64,000 nucleotides of DNA from Schizochytrium sp. TIO01 (GCA_004764695.1 SMSO01000014.1:3963648-4027647), one strand, 5' to 3'. Positions 1 to 11,007 are shown, counted from the first letter of the stretch. Notes: generated by a model not told the origin, from the sequence alone. Numbers and translations: made by a program.

Positions 1-366
1 TCCGCCGTCTACAAAGACATCGGTAGCGGGGTCAATTTCAAACGCCAAGGTCTGTGCTCCCTACTGGACGCCTGTGACCGCGGCGGAATCGGCCAAGTTG
101 TGGTCATGCACCGCGACCGACTTGCGCGAATCGCAGTCGACCTCTTGGAACACCTTTTCGAAAGAAAAAATGTCAAACTCGTGGTACACGGCCAAGATGC
201 ACATGCCGGAGACTCAGACACCTTCACCAAAGACCTCCTCGGAATCATCACCGTCTTTGTGGCATCGCATCACGGAAAACGAGCAGCGCAAAATAGACGG
301 CGACGACGCAGCGAGGAAGAAGCGAGCTCGCACGAAGGCGCGCAAGACCATCAAGAAAGAATATAA
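1..366 (+). CDS. tnpA: IS607-family serine recombinase TnpA, 3' part (5' truncated by window edge)
   Basis: Frame from base 1 reads SAVYKDIGSGVNFKRQGL...VVVMHRDRLAR...DLLGIITVF, the resolvase DxGSG and RDRLAR motifs. Matches the full copy at 16280-16978. Confidence 0.88.
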   Translation, partial: SAVYKDIGSGVNFKRQGLCSLLDACDRGGIGQVVVMHRDRLARIAVDLLEHLFERKNVKLVVHGQDAHAGDSDTFTKDLLGIITVFVASHHGKRAAQNRRRRRSEEEASSHEGAQDHQERI

Positions 367-1645
367 CCTTGTCCGTGCCAGAAAGGTTAGGGTATATCCT
401 ACTAAAGATCAACGTACACAGTTGCTTAAATGGTTTGGTGTCACTAGAAGAGCCTACAATATTGGCGTTGCGTTTCACCGAGACATGGCGAAGGGCGAGG
501 AAGAAGCCATCAAATTGCATCAAGAAGCGTGCATCAAAAAGGATCCCAAGACGAAGCAGGATTTAGTAGATGAAGATGGGAATCCCCAAACGTATGGTGC
601 CCTCTATGGAGAAAAGAAAGCCGTTCGATCTAAAGAAAGGAATGGTGCTCCTGAATGGGTTCTCGAGGTCCCACAGGCTATCCGTGATTCCGGGATTCTG
701 GATTTCTTCAAGGCTATTAACTCGGGACGAGCCAAAAACGAAGAACTCGCTGTACAAAAGAAAGTCCATGAGCGATCTTTCTATAAGTTTCGGAGCAAGC
801 GTGATGAATCACAGATTTTCGAAGTGAATGCACGTACCTGGAATGCGAAGAAATCAAAGACCTCCGACTTTCTTAAAAAATTCCGAACACGTAAAGAAAA
901 GTTCCCCGACCAGATTTCGAACGCCATGCGTGTGCAAATGAATCGCCTTGGGCATGTCTACTTCTGCTTCTTACGAGAAGAAAAAAAGCGTCCAATGGAC
1001 CAGGCACCCAAGGCGCACCATGGTGTCATTGCTCTAGACCCGGGTGTTCGCTCGTTTCAGACGATGTATGACGCCGATGGCCGCGCCATTGAATGGGGCA
1101 CAGGGAAAGATTTTAGAACCATATTCTATCTCTGTCGCCGCGTTGATAAGATCCAAAGCAGCATTGATAAAAAGAAAACTGCATCCAGTGATAAAGACAA
1201 TTTCAACACCCCCTTGAAGCGCGCCTTCTATCGCGCCCAACTCAAGATCAAGAACAAGATCACTGAGATTCACCGCAAGCTCGCGCTTTGGCTTTGTGAA
1301 AACTATCGTGTTATTCTCTTGCCCAAATTCGAAACCTCTAAGATGAGCAGGAGGATGGAGCGACGGATATCCAAGAAGTCTGTTCGAATGATGTGTCGTT
1401 GGTCCCATTTTGGGTTTCGCCAGGCTCTCATTCATAAGGCTGAGATGTTCCCGTGGTGCAAGCTTGTTCTTTGCCAAGAAAGTTACACTTCCAAAACATG
1501 CAATGAGTGTGGTACCCTCCACCATAACCTCGGGGCATCCAAGATTTTCCAATGCCCTAATCCCAAGTGCAACCATGTAGCAGACCGTGATGTCCATGCC
1601 GCAAGAGGCATCCTTTTACGCTACCTATCCAAGGACATGATTTAA
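74..1645 (+). CDS. Fanzor2 (eukaryotic TnpB-like RNA-guided endonuclease); true start uncertain (ATG at 170, or upstream of the window)
   Basis: KVRVYPT..Q..LL.WFG..R.AYN (TnpB HTH/WED start), RuvC-I ALDPG, canonical RuvC-II Glu replaced by Pro (ILLPKF) with alternative Glu in CQESYTSKTC (rearranged Fanzor active site), Zn finger CNEC...CPNPKC, RuvC-III DRDVHAA, basic NLS-like RKKRARTKARK. No stops. Confidence 0.92.
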   Translation: MTAAESAKLWSCTATDLRESQSTSWNTFSKEKMSNSWYTAKMHMPETQTPSPKTSSESSPSLWHRITENEQRKIDGDDAARKKRARTKARKTIKKEYNLVRARKVRVYPTKDQRTQLLKWFGVTRRAYNIGVAFHRDMAKGEEEAIKLHQEACIKKDPKTKQDLVDEDGNPQTYGALYGEKKAVRSKERNGAPEWVLEVPQAIRDSGILDFFKAINSGRAKNEELAVQKKVHERSFYKFRSKRDESQIFEVNARTWNAKKSKTSDFLKKFRTRKEKFPDQISNAMRVQMNRLGHVYFCFLREEKKRPMDQAPKAHHGVIALDPGVRSFQTMYDADGRAIEWGTGKDFRTIFYLCRRVDKIQSSIDKKKTASSDKDNFNTPLKRAFYRAQLKIKNKITEIHRKLALWLCENYRVILLPKFETSKMSRRMERRISKKSVRMMCRWSHFGFRQALIHKAEMFPWCKLVLCQESYTSKTCNECGTLHHNLGASKIFQCPNPKCNHVADRDVHAARGILLRYLSKDMI

Positions 1646-1765
1646 AAAAATCATTTCATTGAGTCGCGGGTTAGTCTAACTAGCTCGTGATGAAGTCTTA
1701 GCTCTATGAAATGCAAGTTTTGCAAATTTTATAGTTTAAAATCTAAGAGAGACGCTGTTCCACAG
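1646..1765 (+). ncRNA. Predicted omega-RNA scaffold of Fanzor copy 1 plus flank-derived guide (~1750-1765)
   Basis: Conserved between both copies up to 1749. Stem CATTTCAT(1652-59)/ATGAAATG(1706-13) encloses the 11-bp hairpin UCGCGGGUUAG/CUAGCUCGUGA, whose three G-U pairs work only on the sense strand. Boundaries are inferred. Confidence 0.7.
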
Positions 1766-2189
1766 GTTTTACACTCGTGGCTATTCCCACAGGCATATAT
1801 ACTTAGGTTAAACACTCCAGTAAAGGTGTTCCTCCTGGCGCCACTGATAGTCTATCAACTGAACGAGATCGATCACTTAGGCTAGCTAGATGCCTACGCG
1901 CCTACTTAGCCGATCGCTAACTAACTACTTACCATACTGTTAATGGTTATGTAGATTTTACAATAATAATAATAAATGATGATGGTAGTGATAAATCACT
2001 AGGCCTTCGTTGATTGTACAGTGGTAGTTGTTTTGGTAGTACCTGGCTAAGGCAGGTACAGTACCTGTACGTAGCCAGGTACTACAGCTATGCGTATGCT
2101 ACGCCTCCTACTCTCAGTAGGGTAGTGCTAACGGCGTTGTTTGTTGATAGAGGCAGAAGTATGGAGCGCCGCCTAATCATAGCAGTATG

Positions 2190-2452
2190 TTGATGTTTGT
2201 ATTTGTTTGTTTGTTTGTATTTATTTGTATTTGTTTGTATTTGTTTATTTGTTTGTTTGTTTGTTTGTTTGTTTGTTTGTTTGTTTGTTTGTTTGTTTGT
2301 TTGTTTGTTTGTTTGTTTGTTTGTTTGTTTGTTTGTTTGTTTGTTTGTTTGTTTGTTTGTTTGTTTGTTTGTTTGTTTGTTTGTTTGTTTGTTTGTTTGT
2401 TTGTTTGTTTGTTTGTTTGTTTGTTTGTTTGTTTGTATTTGTTTGTTTGTTT
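2190..2452. repeat. (TTTG)n microsatellite
   Basis: Long run of TTTG units. Explains the spurious FVCL ORFs. Confidence 0.97.
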
Positions 2453-2604
2453 TTTAGTCTCTCTTTGTGATTCTCTTTGATGTGATTGTGATTGACAGCG
2501 TTGATTGACAGAGAATCAGCAGAAATCAGAGAAACAGAGAATCAGAGAGCACCTCGATCCTCGCTCTCTACTTCGCGGCAGGTAGAGAAGCAAGCTCCGG
2601 CGCG

Positions 2605-5600
2605 ATGGTTCCCGGCGCGGAGGCCGGCGGCGCGGTCCGGGACGCTGCGGGCCACGCGCAAAAAAACACTCGATACAGCGTCGAGGCGGCTGCAGCTGCG
2701 GCGGGCCTGGCTGTGGCGGCCCATGATCAGCCGCATCTTCATCCTCATCCTTTCCAGCTTTATCCGAATCCCCAGCAGCGCGCCACGCAAACTCCGTTGC
2801 AGACGCAGCCTTCGCAAACAACGCAAGCTCAGAACGGGCGTCGTAAAAATACAAATGGCTCCGCTCCGGACCAGGGCCAGCGTGCTCGACGAGCTCTGAA
2901 GGATCTCACGCGGTCGCTGGAGCGGCATGCGGAGATGGTGTACTTCGACAAGGGCACGAAGGGGTTTACGAGCCTTCTCCGCAACGCTGGACTGCGCGGG
3001 ATGCCTCGGAAACGCCAGCGTCCTGACTCCGACATCGACACTTCTCCATCGCACACGTCCTCCTCGGCGTTGCGTCCCTTTTCATCGTCATCTTCTGGCA
3101 CCACCATGTCCAATTTGAATCATCCAAACGCTGCCATCCAGAGCCGTGGCAGGTCACCGCCACCCACAGATCAGTCACAGTCGCCACCAACACCACCAGC
3201 ATGCACGCCTCCGTCATTGGGCCCCAGCTCAGTCTTAGGTGGCCTCGAGGCTAATGGCAGTAACTTCTCCAACAACACTAATAACGACGCTCAGAGTAAG
3301 AGAAAAGATGGGAAGAAGACAAAGGCGGAGATGGGGGTCTTGCCAGCAGATCTTGAGGCGCGACTTTTGCTAGCGCAAAACTCAAAGTTGCAGACGCGGC
3401 CTGGGGATGGCCACCTGGCGGGGCTCCAGGAGGTCCCAGCGGCGCCTGCAAGCCTGTTCACATGGGAGGATCAGAGGCTTGGTGCGGTATACACGAGAGC
3501 GAGAGCAGTTCAGGTAGACAGCTCACTAGCGGAGCTTCAAGGTGTAGTTTCTACGAAGTACGGACCAGCTGTGACGCCATTCGCATATGTGCCACGGAAT
3601 AATAATTCTAAGCAGCATCATGATCAGCAGAACTCACAGATGAGGCAGGTGTATGGACCATCGTTGGAGTCGGCAGCAGCTGTTGCGACATCGCAAACGT
3701 TGACGCCGCAGATCACAGCCGAAAAGACACAGGATCAGCCGGTCAGCGAAGCGCGAACAACGACCGAGTGCAGCAGTCAGACGAAAACCGCCAAAGCCGG
3801 TCGCAACGCAAGTGCCCCTGCACTACAGGATTTAGGATACTTTGAGAACGAGACTGTTAAACACAGCGAACGACTTGTTAAACTTCTTGAGCACGAAGCT
3901 GTTTCGATTGCCCGGGGTGGGCTGAACAGCTTGGACTTTGGAGGCTGGGTGGGATTTAAAGCAAAATCAGCGTCGCCTGCAACAGGTATGGCCAGCCTCG
4001 CAGACGGTTGTCACCAGGGTGTCGAGTCTGCTATGCGATCACGAAAACATACTGTCACTCTCCGCGACCCTGAAGAGGATTATGACAATGACAATGATCA
4101 GGATGATGACACTGATGGAGGCGGGAACGACGGCCAGACCCCACGCACAGCAACCGGTGCCGGGGGTACTCCCGCTGACGCAGCAGGTGCAGCATCAACA
4201 GGGAATAGGCCCCCGACGACGCCTGGGCGAGAAAATGCCGAAGCTGCCGCAGCTGCTCGCAAGGAGGAGCACGATTTGGCAGAGGTGGACGCCGTGCGGC
4301 TTATCGTAGGATATGACACAGACTGGATTTCTGTACCGACGAATGTCGTACCCGAATGGGAGTTTGCGCAGCTTCGTCCTCTCACAGAGTTCACAGCCCT
4401 TTGCGAATATGCTGTCCTCAATGTAAGCGATCGTGCCGCTGTGGAAGCAGGCACAGCGCACATGAAACTCCTGGCGCGAAGAATGGGTGCGCAGGACAAG
4501 GATGCAAACTCCAGGGGATCAGTGAATGCTTTGTCAAATCGATCATCTGGCGATGGTAAGACTTCCCGAGATGCAAGACCTGACAACGCTGGTGGGATAT
4601 CAGGAAGCGGAGCAAGCGGAGTATCTGCTTTAGGAGGACGCAATGGATTAGCAGCTAGAGCTGGAATTGGTGGATCAGGAATAACGTCTAATGGAAATCG
4701 TCGGGCCGGTATTGTGGGCAGAGGACAGCCTGGAGGGGGCAACCGCCGCGCTGCGGGGAGAATCCCTAGCCGCGCCCAAAGAGAAAACCCAACGACCGGA
4801 AACTCGCCTACAGGCGCATCGGGTCCTGCTCAGCCCATTGCCCCGGCTCAAGGACCTTACAGGCGTAACGATCTCTTTTTTCGTCATATTGCAACTCTCT
4901 TTGATGTATGCAGTCTTGGTCTTATGGCGCAATTGAAGAAGGACAGTGAACCATTGTCCCTCGAGCTCAATCTCGATAAACTATTGGAGCGGAATGTAGA
5001 TTCTTTAATGGAGAGCCTTCAGGCCTACACAAAGTCGACGCGTAGCTTCCTTATTGTTTTTGTGGTCATGCCTCCTCGCAGTGACTCCTATACACTCTTG
5101 GCGATGGACTCCCTCGCACAAGTTTTGGCCAGGCTCGAAAAGAGTGTTGGTATTAGGAGCGACGGCACAACCATCAATGGCAGTGACTCCGATCCAAGTA
5201 TGCCTGGGTTCTATTCGTCGTCGTCTTCTTCTTCTTCTTCGCCAACAACCCGCATCATATTCCAACTTGTACCCTTTGAACTGCCTTCGGCGGCTTTGCA
5301 GCGCAGGTCCATGCTGAACATATGTTGCGGTCTGTACACGAAAGCCTCATTATTACGAAATGACCCAAAGCCTGCACCAATTGCCATGGCCCAAAACCCA
5401 GGTCCGCCGTGTGTTCACATTGGCTACTGCCTGGACCCTTCCTCTGGATGGCTTACTGCTTGTTGGACCGATAAGCAAGGAACATTTGCGCATACGTCTG
5501 TGAGCCGCACGCATGCGTCAACGCCACGTGGAGAGGCGTTGCAAACGCTCATGGCAGAAACAGAAAAGTTACTTGTACAGCAGCATGCCTCTGTGCCATC

Positions 5601-6057
5601 AGGAGAACCTGTTCGATTGTGTATTTCAATCGTTGCTTCGACAGAGACTTCCCTACGCGGCGATCTTGCTACCTGGAAGGAGACTATGAACTCTTTTTCT
5701 CAACGCTACAGCCAGATCCAGATTAGTATGGCCGTGTGTCGCGTTACTGCTGGATATGTGCGCGTCCCTGATTCTGTCTTGGCTGGTCTTCAGGCTTGTG
5801 ATGTCACATGTAATGGAAACGATGAGCGCTCTGCCAGGACTCATCTCATTATGGGCCGCACACCCTTGCAGAGCAACCGTTCCCTGTTACCCTTATTAGA
5901 GGTTGAGATGTGCGATGGCGATCTTTCGGCTGATGTGGTACTTCGAGACCTCCAAGCCTTGGCTGCGCTCCGTATCTTTGGTCAGCAAGATTCGATTGTC
6001 CCAATTCACCTTGAAATCTCTGGAAGACTCTCGAACTGGTTGTCTCCTATTCGGTAA
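2605..6057 (+). CDS. Probable Mediator complex subunit 13-like protein
   Basis: 1150-aa ORF, largely low complexity. C-terminal PCVHIGYCLDPSSGWLTACWTDKQG resembles the Med13 C-terminal H..Y....D..WL.A.WTD..G motif, and LIVGYDTDWISV...W..AQLRPL also fits Med13. Confidence 0.6.
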   Translation: MVPGAEAGGAVRDAAGHAQKNTRYSVEAAAAAAGLAVAAHDQPHLHPHPFQLYPNPQQRATQTPLQTQPSQTTQAQNGRRKNTNGSAPDQGQRARRALKDLTRSLERHAEMVYFDKGTKGFTSLLRNAGLRGMPRKRQRPDSDIDTSPSHTSSSALRPFSSSSSGTTMSNLNHPNAAIQSRGRSPPPTDQSQSPPTPPACTPPSLGPSSVLGGLEANGSNFSNNTNNDAQSKRKDGKKTKAEMGVLPADLEARLLLAQNSKLQTRPGDGHLAGLQEVPAAPASLFTWEDQRLGAVYTRARAVQVDSSLAELQGVVSTKYGPAVTPFAYVPRNNNSKQHHDQQNSQMRQVYGPSLESAAAVATSQTLTPQITAEKTQDQPVSEARTTTECSSQTKTAKAGRNASAPALQDLGYFENETVKHSERLVKLLEHEAVSIARGGLNSLDFGGWVGFKAKSASPATGMASLADGCHQGVESAMRSRKHTVTLRDPEEDYDNDNDQDDDTDGGGNDGQTPRTATGAGGTPADAAGAASTGNRPPTTPGRENAEAAAAARKEEHDLAEVDAVRLIVGYDTDWISVPTNVVPEWEFAQLRPLTEFTALCEYAVLNVSDRAAVEAGTAHMKLLARRMGAQDKDANSRGSVNALSNRSSGDGKTSRDARPDNAGGISGSGASGVSALGGRNGLAARAGIGGSGITSNGNRRAGIVGRGQPGGGNRRAAGRIPSRAQRENPTTGNSPTGASGPAQPIAPAQGPYRRNDLFFRHIATLFDVCSLGLMAQLKKDSEPLSLELNLDKLLERNVDSLMESLQAYTKSTRSFLIVFVVMPPRSDSYTLLAMDSLAQVLARLEKSVGIRSDGTTINGSDSDPSMPGFYSSSSSSSSSPTTRIIFQLVPFELPSAALQRRSMLNICCGLYTKASLLRNDPKPAPIAMAQNPGPPCVHIGYCLDPSSGWLTACWTDKQGTFAHTSVSRTHASTPRGEALQTLMAETEKLLVQQHASVPSGEPVRLCISIVASTETSLRGDLATWKETMNSFSQRYSQIQISMAVCRVTAGYVRVPDSVLAGLQACDVTCNGNDERSARTHLIMGRTPLQSNRSLLPLLEVEMCDGDLSADVVLRDLQALAALRIFGQQDSIVPIHLEISGRLSNWLSPIR

Positions 6058-7550
6058 AGAACAATCATAGAAGAGCATATATACCATCATACCTGATCCA
6101 TGTCTGCACTCTTTGGAGGGATATCTGAGGAGATCAAAAGAATTCAAGAATGCAATTTCCTACGAGTACAATCAATATACATAACATTAATATTGTTCAT
6201 ACTGATGAGGAGGTAGTGGAATTGAGATGGTTGCTTTTGTTTTCATTTCGATCACGTTGCGAGCAAGCGAAACTGTTTTGGTTTATTCTTCTCTCCTTTC
6301 TTGGCGGATTCTTCTCGCGTTTGTTCCTTTGAGCATCTTATTGTTATACTTATATCTCTCGCTTTTATCTCTCTCTCTCTCTTTCTCCCCTTACTTGGGC
6401 TCCTCTCCTTTTCAGCTTGCACTAGACTTCTTGGCGATAGTTATTGCCAACTTTTAACAAACTAGATCTCTTGCGCTTCGTAACTTGTGGTTCTAGCCTT
6501 GAGATGAGTCGCTCAGCATCATTTTTTAGGAATGATGCCGTATCCTTTTGTTGTACAATGAAAGTTGTGATTGTGGACTTCTTGAACAAATTGTCCAGAT
6601 GTATGCAAACATACGTGTGGTTTAGTAAATGTCGATTGTTCTGATACTCTTTGTCCCACGTCTTCATGTCTACGTTGCGTATGGTGGGAAATATAGTAGA
6701 GCTTACAAGGGAGCTGCACTCTTTACAAGAACGTGACACTCCACATTTTATTGCTATCTATAGAACCAGTTTTACTCCATTTTAATTTTTATTAGTTGTT
6801 GATTCCTCAGTTCGGATTACCCTCCTTTAAAAAAAGTTTCATTTAAAACATAAGTTTGCTTAGCCTTATCACCATGGCATTGTTTATGTTCATAACGAAG
6901 TAAATAATTTGAAGGGTTGTCACTGGATACTCTTTTTTCCTATTTGGAAATCCACAACGTTGATAAAACATCACAATACATTTAACTCAATTAGGTGCAT
7001 CAAAATCAATGTGGGCAACGTATTTGGGTGGCGCAGTGGTTTCCACGCAGATTTTTCTAAAATCAGAGAGACGGCATTATTTATTTGATACTGTAGTTAA
7101 GGAAACTTGAAAGCCCTGCTCGTGACGTAAAAAATAGACACAAGCCTTCTCAAAGAAATGTGACTGGGCCTAAGCCACTAGGGTAACCCTCTTAATGCTG
7201 GTTAATTCATTCAGTAGGTACACCATGCACTCCTATGTTGAATTGATTTTTCTGTTCTTTTTTGTGGCACGGGTATATAGTTTCTGTAACTCATTCTCTT
7301 TTTTAAAATTAAAGTAGGTAGGTAGTACTTGTTAGCCATCTGAGCGAGCCATATAAGCCCAGTGGCGGACAGGTCCAAGAGAAGTAGCTTGACTGGCCAG
7401 AAGTCATAAAGCCCCATTCAAGGTGAAGGACCTTTTCATTGCTGCGTCGCGTGAGTCAGTCGCAGTGAGAGTTTCGCTTGTGAGACAAGCACAGGATTCA
7501 TCACTAAATTCTACGGAAGTTCTCTTTGCAGTTCACTCAAGAGAACTGCG

Positions 7551-9347
7551 ATGGATCTACTTTCGGCAAGCGTACGCAATGTCTTTGAGGAGGAGCTTGG
7601 GTTCAAGCAGCTGACTCCAGTCCAGGGCGCAACGATTCCCAAATTTTTGAATAACTGCGACGTTGCTGTCGAAGCATGCACAGGTTCAGGAAAGACTCTA
7701 GCATTCGTCCTCCCAATTATCGAGATTCTTCTCCGACGCGATATTGAAGAGATCGAAGCTGAAGACGGCTCCGTGACCAAGGTAGTGCCTACAAAGGTTC
7801 AGAAGCGCCGACGCCCTGGGATGTGGGGCGCTTTGGTAATTTCACCAACGCGCGAACTTGCAGCTCAGATTGCCAAAGTTGCAGAACCTTTTGCCAAAGC
7901 AACTGGTGTACGAATGGCACTTTTCCAGGGAGGTTCGAACGTTGTCGATGATGTTACCAAGGTGACTACGACTAGCCTTGACTTTGTCGTGGCGACTCCT
8001 GGTCGTCTTGAAGATTTGATGCAACGGGCCCACAACTCAATCTCGTGGAAGGAGTTCGAAGTGCTAGTACTTGACGAGGCAGATGTTCTCCTTGATCTTG
8101 GATTTGAGCGTGTAGTAACTATGATTCTGTCCAAGCTTCCAAAGCAGCGGCGTACAGGACTTTTCTCGGCCACACAAACTCGCGAGGTCAAGGCACTTGT
8201 CCGTGCTGGCCTTCGTAATCCAGCTGTCATCTCTGTGAAAGTACACAGCGCTAATGCTGTGTCAGCCCAAGACTCACAGCGCACGCCTTTGACGTTAAGT
8301 AACCACTACATGGTTTGTCATCAGAATGAAAAGTTGCGCAATCTCTTAGAATTTCTGGACAGGGAGAGAAAGAGTAAAATTGTGATTTTTTTTGCGACAT
8401 GCGCTAGTGTTGCCTTTTACGAAAAGATTATTCCTGAGATGCTTCCCAAGGAGCTTGGGGAGCGCGTCTTAGGCCTTCACGGTAAATTGGCACAAAAGAA
8501 GCGCGTGAGCACATTCGAAAAGTTTGTTGAGTTGCCTAGTGGAGCGCTTCTTTGTACGGATGTGGCCGCCCGCGGTTTGGATGTCCCTAATGTTGACTGG
8601 ATTGTACAGTTCGACCCGCCTCAGGACCCTAGTTTCTTTGTGCACCGTGTGGGCCGTACGGCTCGCGCTGGCCGCCGGGGTAATGCTCTTGTCTTTCTTC
8701 TTCCGAAGGAAACTGCGTATGTTAATTTCATGGAGAACCAAAAAGTTCCTATGACCGAACTCGCGAGCAGTGAAGACCTTGCTACAGCAGCAGAGAAGAA
8801 ATACGGTGATGTACTTGGCAAGGTGCGCCAGCTCTTATTTCAGGACCGTGACTTGTTGGAACGAGGTACTCGTGCGTTCATGGCATTTGTGCGCTCTTAT
8901 AAGGAACACAAGTGCCAGTTTATTTTTCGCATGAACGAGCTCAACCTGCAAAAGGTCGCAGAGGCTTTTGTCCTGCTTCGATTGCCGAGTATGAAGGAGT
9001 TTCGTGAGAGTAAAGGTCTCAAGGGTTTTAAAGAGGAACCGGCAAGCAAGGTATCAGCGATTCCATACAAGGATAAAACTCGCGAAAAACAGCGTCAGGC
9101 CAATTATGTCAAGCTGAAGGCTGATCTGGCAGAAAACGAAGCCAAACGACAAGCCGAGGTTCTTCAGCAAAAGAAAGAGGCCGAGAAAAAGAGTAAAATG
9201 CCGCGGCGCAGCAAAGAGAAGCGTGATAAGGCAGCTCTAAATGAGGAATGGGATGCCCTTGGGCGTGAAGAACGTCTCTTCAAGAAGATGAAGAAGGGAA
9301 AGCTCTCAAAGAAGGCATTCGAGGAAATGATGGCGGATGACTTTTAA
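7551..9347 (+). CDS. DDX55: DEAD-box RNA helicase DDX55/Spb4
   Basis: Q motif GFKQLTPVQ, ACTGSGKT, SPTRELA, TPGRL, LDEAD, LPKQRRTGLFSAT, DVAARGLD, FDPPQDP, HRVGRTAR, and a basic C-terminal extension typical of Spb4/DDX55. Confidence 0.92.
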   Translation: MDLLSASVRNVFEEELGFKQLTPVQGATIPKFLNNCDVAVEACTGSGKTLAFVLPIIEILLRRDIEEIEAEDGSVTKVVPTKVQKRRRPGMWGALVISPTRELAAQIAKVAEPFAKATGVRMALFQGGSNVVDDVTKVTTTSLDFVVATPGRLEDLMQRAHNSISWKEFEVLVLDEADVLLDLGFERVVTMILSKLPKQRRTGLFSATQTREVKALVRAGLRNPAVISVKVHSANAVSAQDSQRTPLTLSNHYMVCHQNEKLRNLLEFLDRERKSKIVIFFATCASVAFYEKIIPEMLPKELGERVLGLHGKLAQKKRVSTFEKFVELPSGALLCTDVAARGLDVPNVDWIVQFDPPQDPSFFVHRVGRTARAGRRGNALVFLLPKETAYVNFMENQKVPMTELASSEDLATAAEKKYGDVLGKVRQLLFQDRDLLERGTRAFMAFVRSYKEHKCQFIFRMNELNLQKVAEAFVLLRLPSMKEFRESKGLKGFKEEPASKVSAIPYKDKTREKQRQANYVKLKADLAENEAKRQAEVLQQKKEAEKKSKMPRRSKEKRDKAALNEEWDALGREERLFKKMKKGKLSKKAFEEMMADDF

Positions 9348-10683
9348 GCAGGCGAATTTATTTCGAGATTTCTTTCTGAAAAGGAAGTGTTGTTGCAGTG
9401 CAGTGTTAAGATCTCTTTTGTTGGCTGGCTAGCTAGGATGTCACAAGAAGAAGCACCAATACGCTGACGATAAGCGGGCCATGGTACGTGCACCGGGTTT
9501 ATCCAATAAACATCCGTATTGCGTTAGCATCCGGAACATTGAACAAGTAAACCTGCACGTTGCATTCAACTTTTGGATACAATCAACAGGAATAGTAGAG
9601 TTGTATTTGTGTAAAATGTTAAAACAGAAAATCGATGTTTTTGTTATTCTTGTTATTTTTTTTTTAAAGTAAACGACTGCTGTTGCTCTGACCATGGCGT
9701 GCCTATCGCTGCTCAGGTTTTGGAACGCCGATTTGGCCTCAGATATTTATGTAATAATCCTTTGTTTAAAAAAAAAAAAGTGGTGTCACAATCACTACAA
9801 CTACACATGTACTTGTAGCGCAGAGGGAAGGGCGAGCTTACTTGTTTTATTTTATTTTCCTGTTTATGATTTTGATTCTTAAAGAAGGATGGGTTAGGAG
9901 GAAGGCCAATGGGGCAACTTACGTCGCCAAGAAGCCACCTTCAACCACAATGACTGAGCTTTTTCGTCGAACTGCCTAGTAAGGGAAGCTCACATTGCTT
10001 TAATTTGTCGTTTTTTTTGTTTCTTTTTCTTTGTCCATGTGTGTTACTTGTTTCCGGGTCGATGAACTGAAGTGATAGTAAATGTAGATGAAGGGCCATC
10101 GAGCCAGCTATTGCCAAAGTTGTATTAGTGATGCGTAGTTATGCTTGATGATATTTTATACTTGAAGTAAATGAAGACAGGAAACTGCACGACACCAAGC
10201 TCGAGCAGTCAACTGGGCTGTGATTAAACACACCACGCAAACACACAAACACATGATGAGCAATAGATATCGAAGCTATAGCCACGTTGATACTAGCCGC
10301 CCCCTGACAACCCAGATTGATTTAGTGCAAGCTAGTAAGCACCGTTCCTTTCCTATTGCTGCCTGAATGAAAGCAAGCTTCCACGTCATATAATAGATCC
10401 CACCCTTGGCTCCATCCAGATGCACGTGAGACTCTCGGACAACTTTATATCATCTGCTTCTTTCAAGACAGTGATGCCAGAAGTTTTGAGCGGAAATCAT
10501 TTCAGATTAAATTCTCTCTTCGCAAGACCCCGTGGATAGTGATTGCATGTTAAAGTCAGTCGATCTTCAAAAAGCAAAAGGTAATCTTGCAGGTGATGAT
10601 AAGAAAGGAGAAGACGAGAAGCACAAAGTACATCAGGACAGAGGCGTCAGAAAGTAGGGCAGCTCAGGAGCGAGATTGACGAC

Positions 10684-11007
10684 TTAGTTCGATGGGCTAG
10701 AGGCACCGGTGACCTTGCCCCAAATATGGAGCACCACCACGAAGCCGATGAAGGACAAGCTGAGAATGAGCACCATGTTGGGGCCGATCTTGAGACCCGG
10801 TGCGTCGTCAGTGTAGAAGCGAAGGGTCTCGCGAGCAGACATAGCTTCCATTGCACCTCGAGCGCGCTCCTGGGGCGTCTGGCCCGCGGTGGACGTTGAG
10901 GTGGCAGCGGCAGTCGTCGTGGGGCGGCGCCTCCTTGCAGCCGCGTTGGCAGGGCGGCCGCTGGCCGCTGCGCGAGTACCGCTGCTGGGGGGCTTGGCAG
11001 AGGACAT
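10684..11007 (-). CDS. SEC61B: Protein translocon subunit Sec61 beta
   Basis: [14 protein letters not shown] followed by TM segment ...[13 protein letters not shown], the Sec61beta signature. Confidence 0.95.
   Translation of the reverse strand: MSSAKPPSSGTRAAASGRPANAAARRRRPTTTAAATSTSTAGQTPQERARGAMEAMSARETLRFYTDDAPGLKIGPNMVLILSLSFIGFVVVLHIWGKVTGASSPSN

Larger units (their letters stand above)
1..1749 (+). mobile_element. IS607-like Fanzor2 transposon, copy 1 (left part outside window)
   Basis: Contains a TnpA serine-recombinase C-terminus and a TnpB/Fanzor ORF. Homology with the inverted copy (14893 to ~17000) stops sharply after ...CTAAGAG at 1749, which defines the right end. Confidence 0.9.

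Noticed and set aside
1034-1597. 187-aa antisense ORF present in both Fanzor copies (also 15049-15612)
   Set aside because: Conserved only because the copies are near-identical here. It has no ATG start and no recognisable motif.
2187-2480. Hydrophobic FVCL-repeat ORFs
   Set aside because: Translations of a TTTG microsatellite.
9430-9980. Possible small spliced gene or exon relics after DDX55
   Set aside because: Some splice-like signals are present, but I could not build a consistent start or a recognisable product.
10197-10212. Exact 16-nt match AAGCTCGAGCAGTCAA with 58784-58799
   Set aside because: About one such match is expected by chance in 64 kb, and the flanks do not align.
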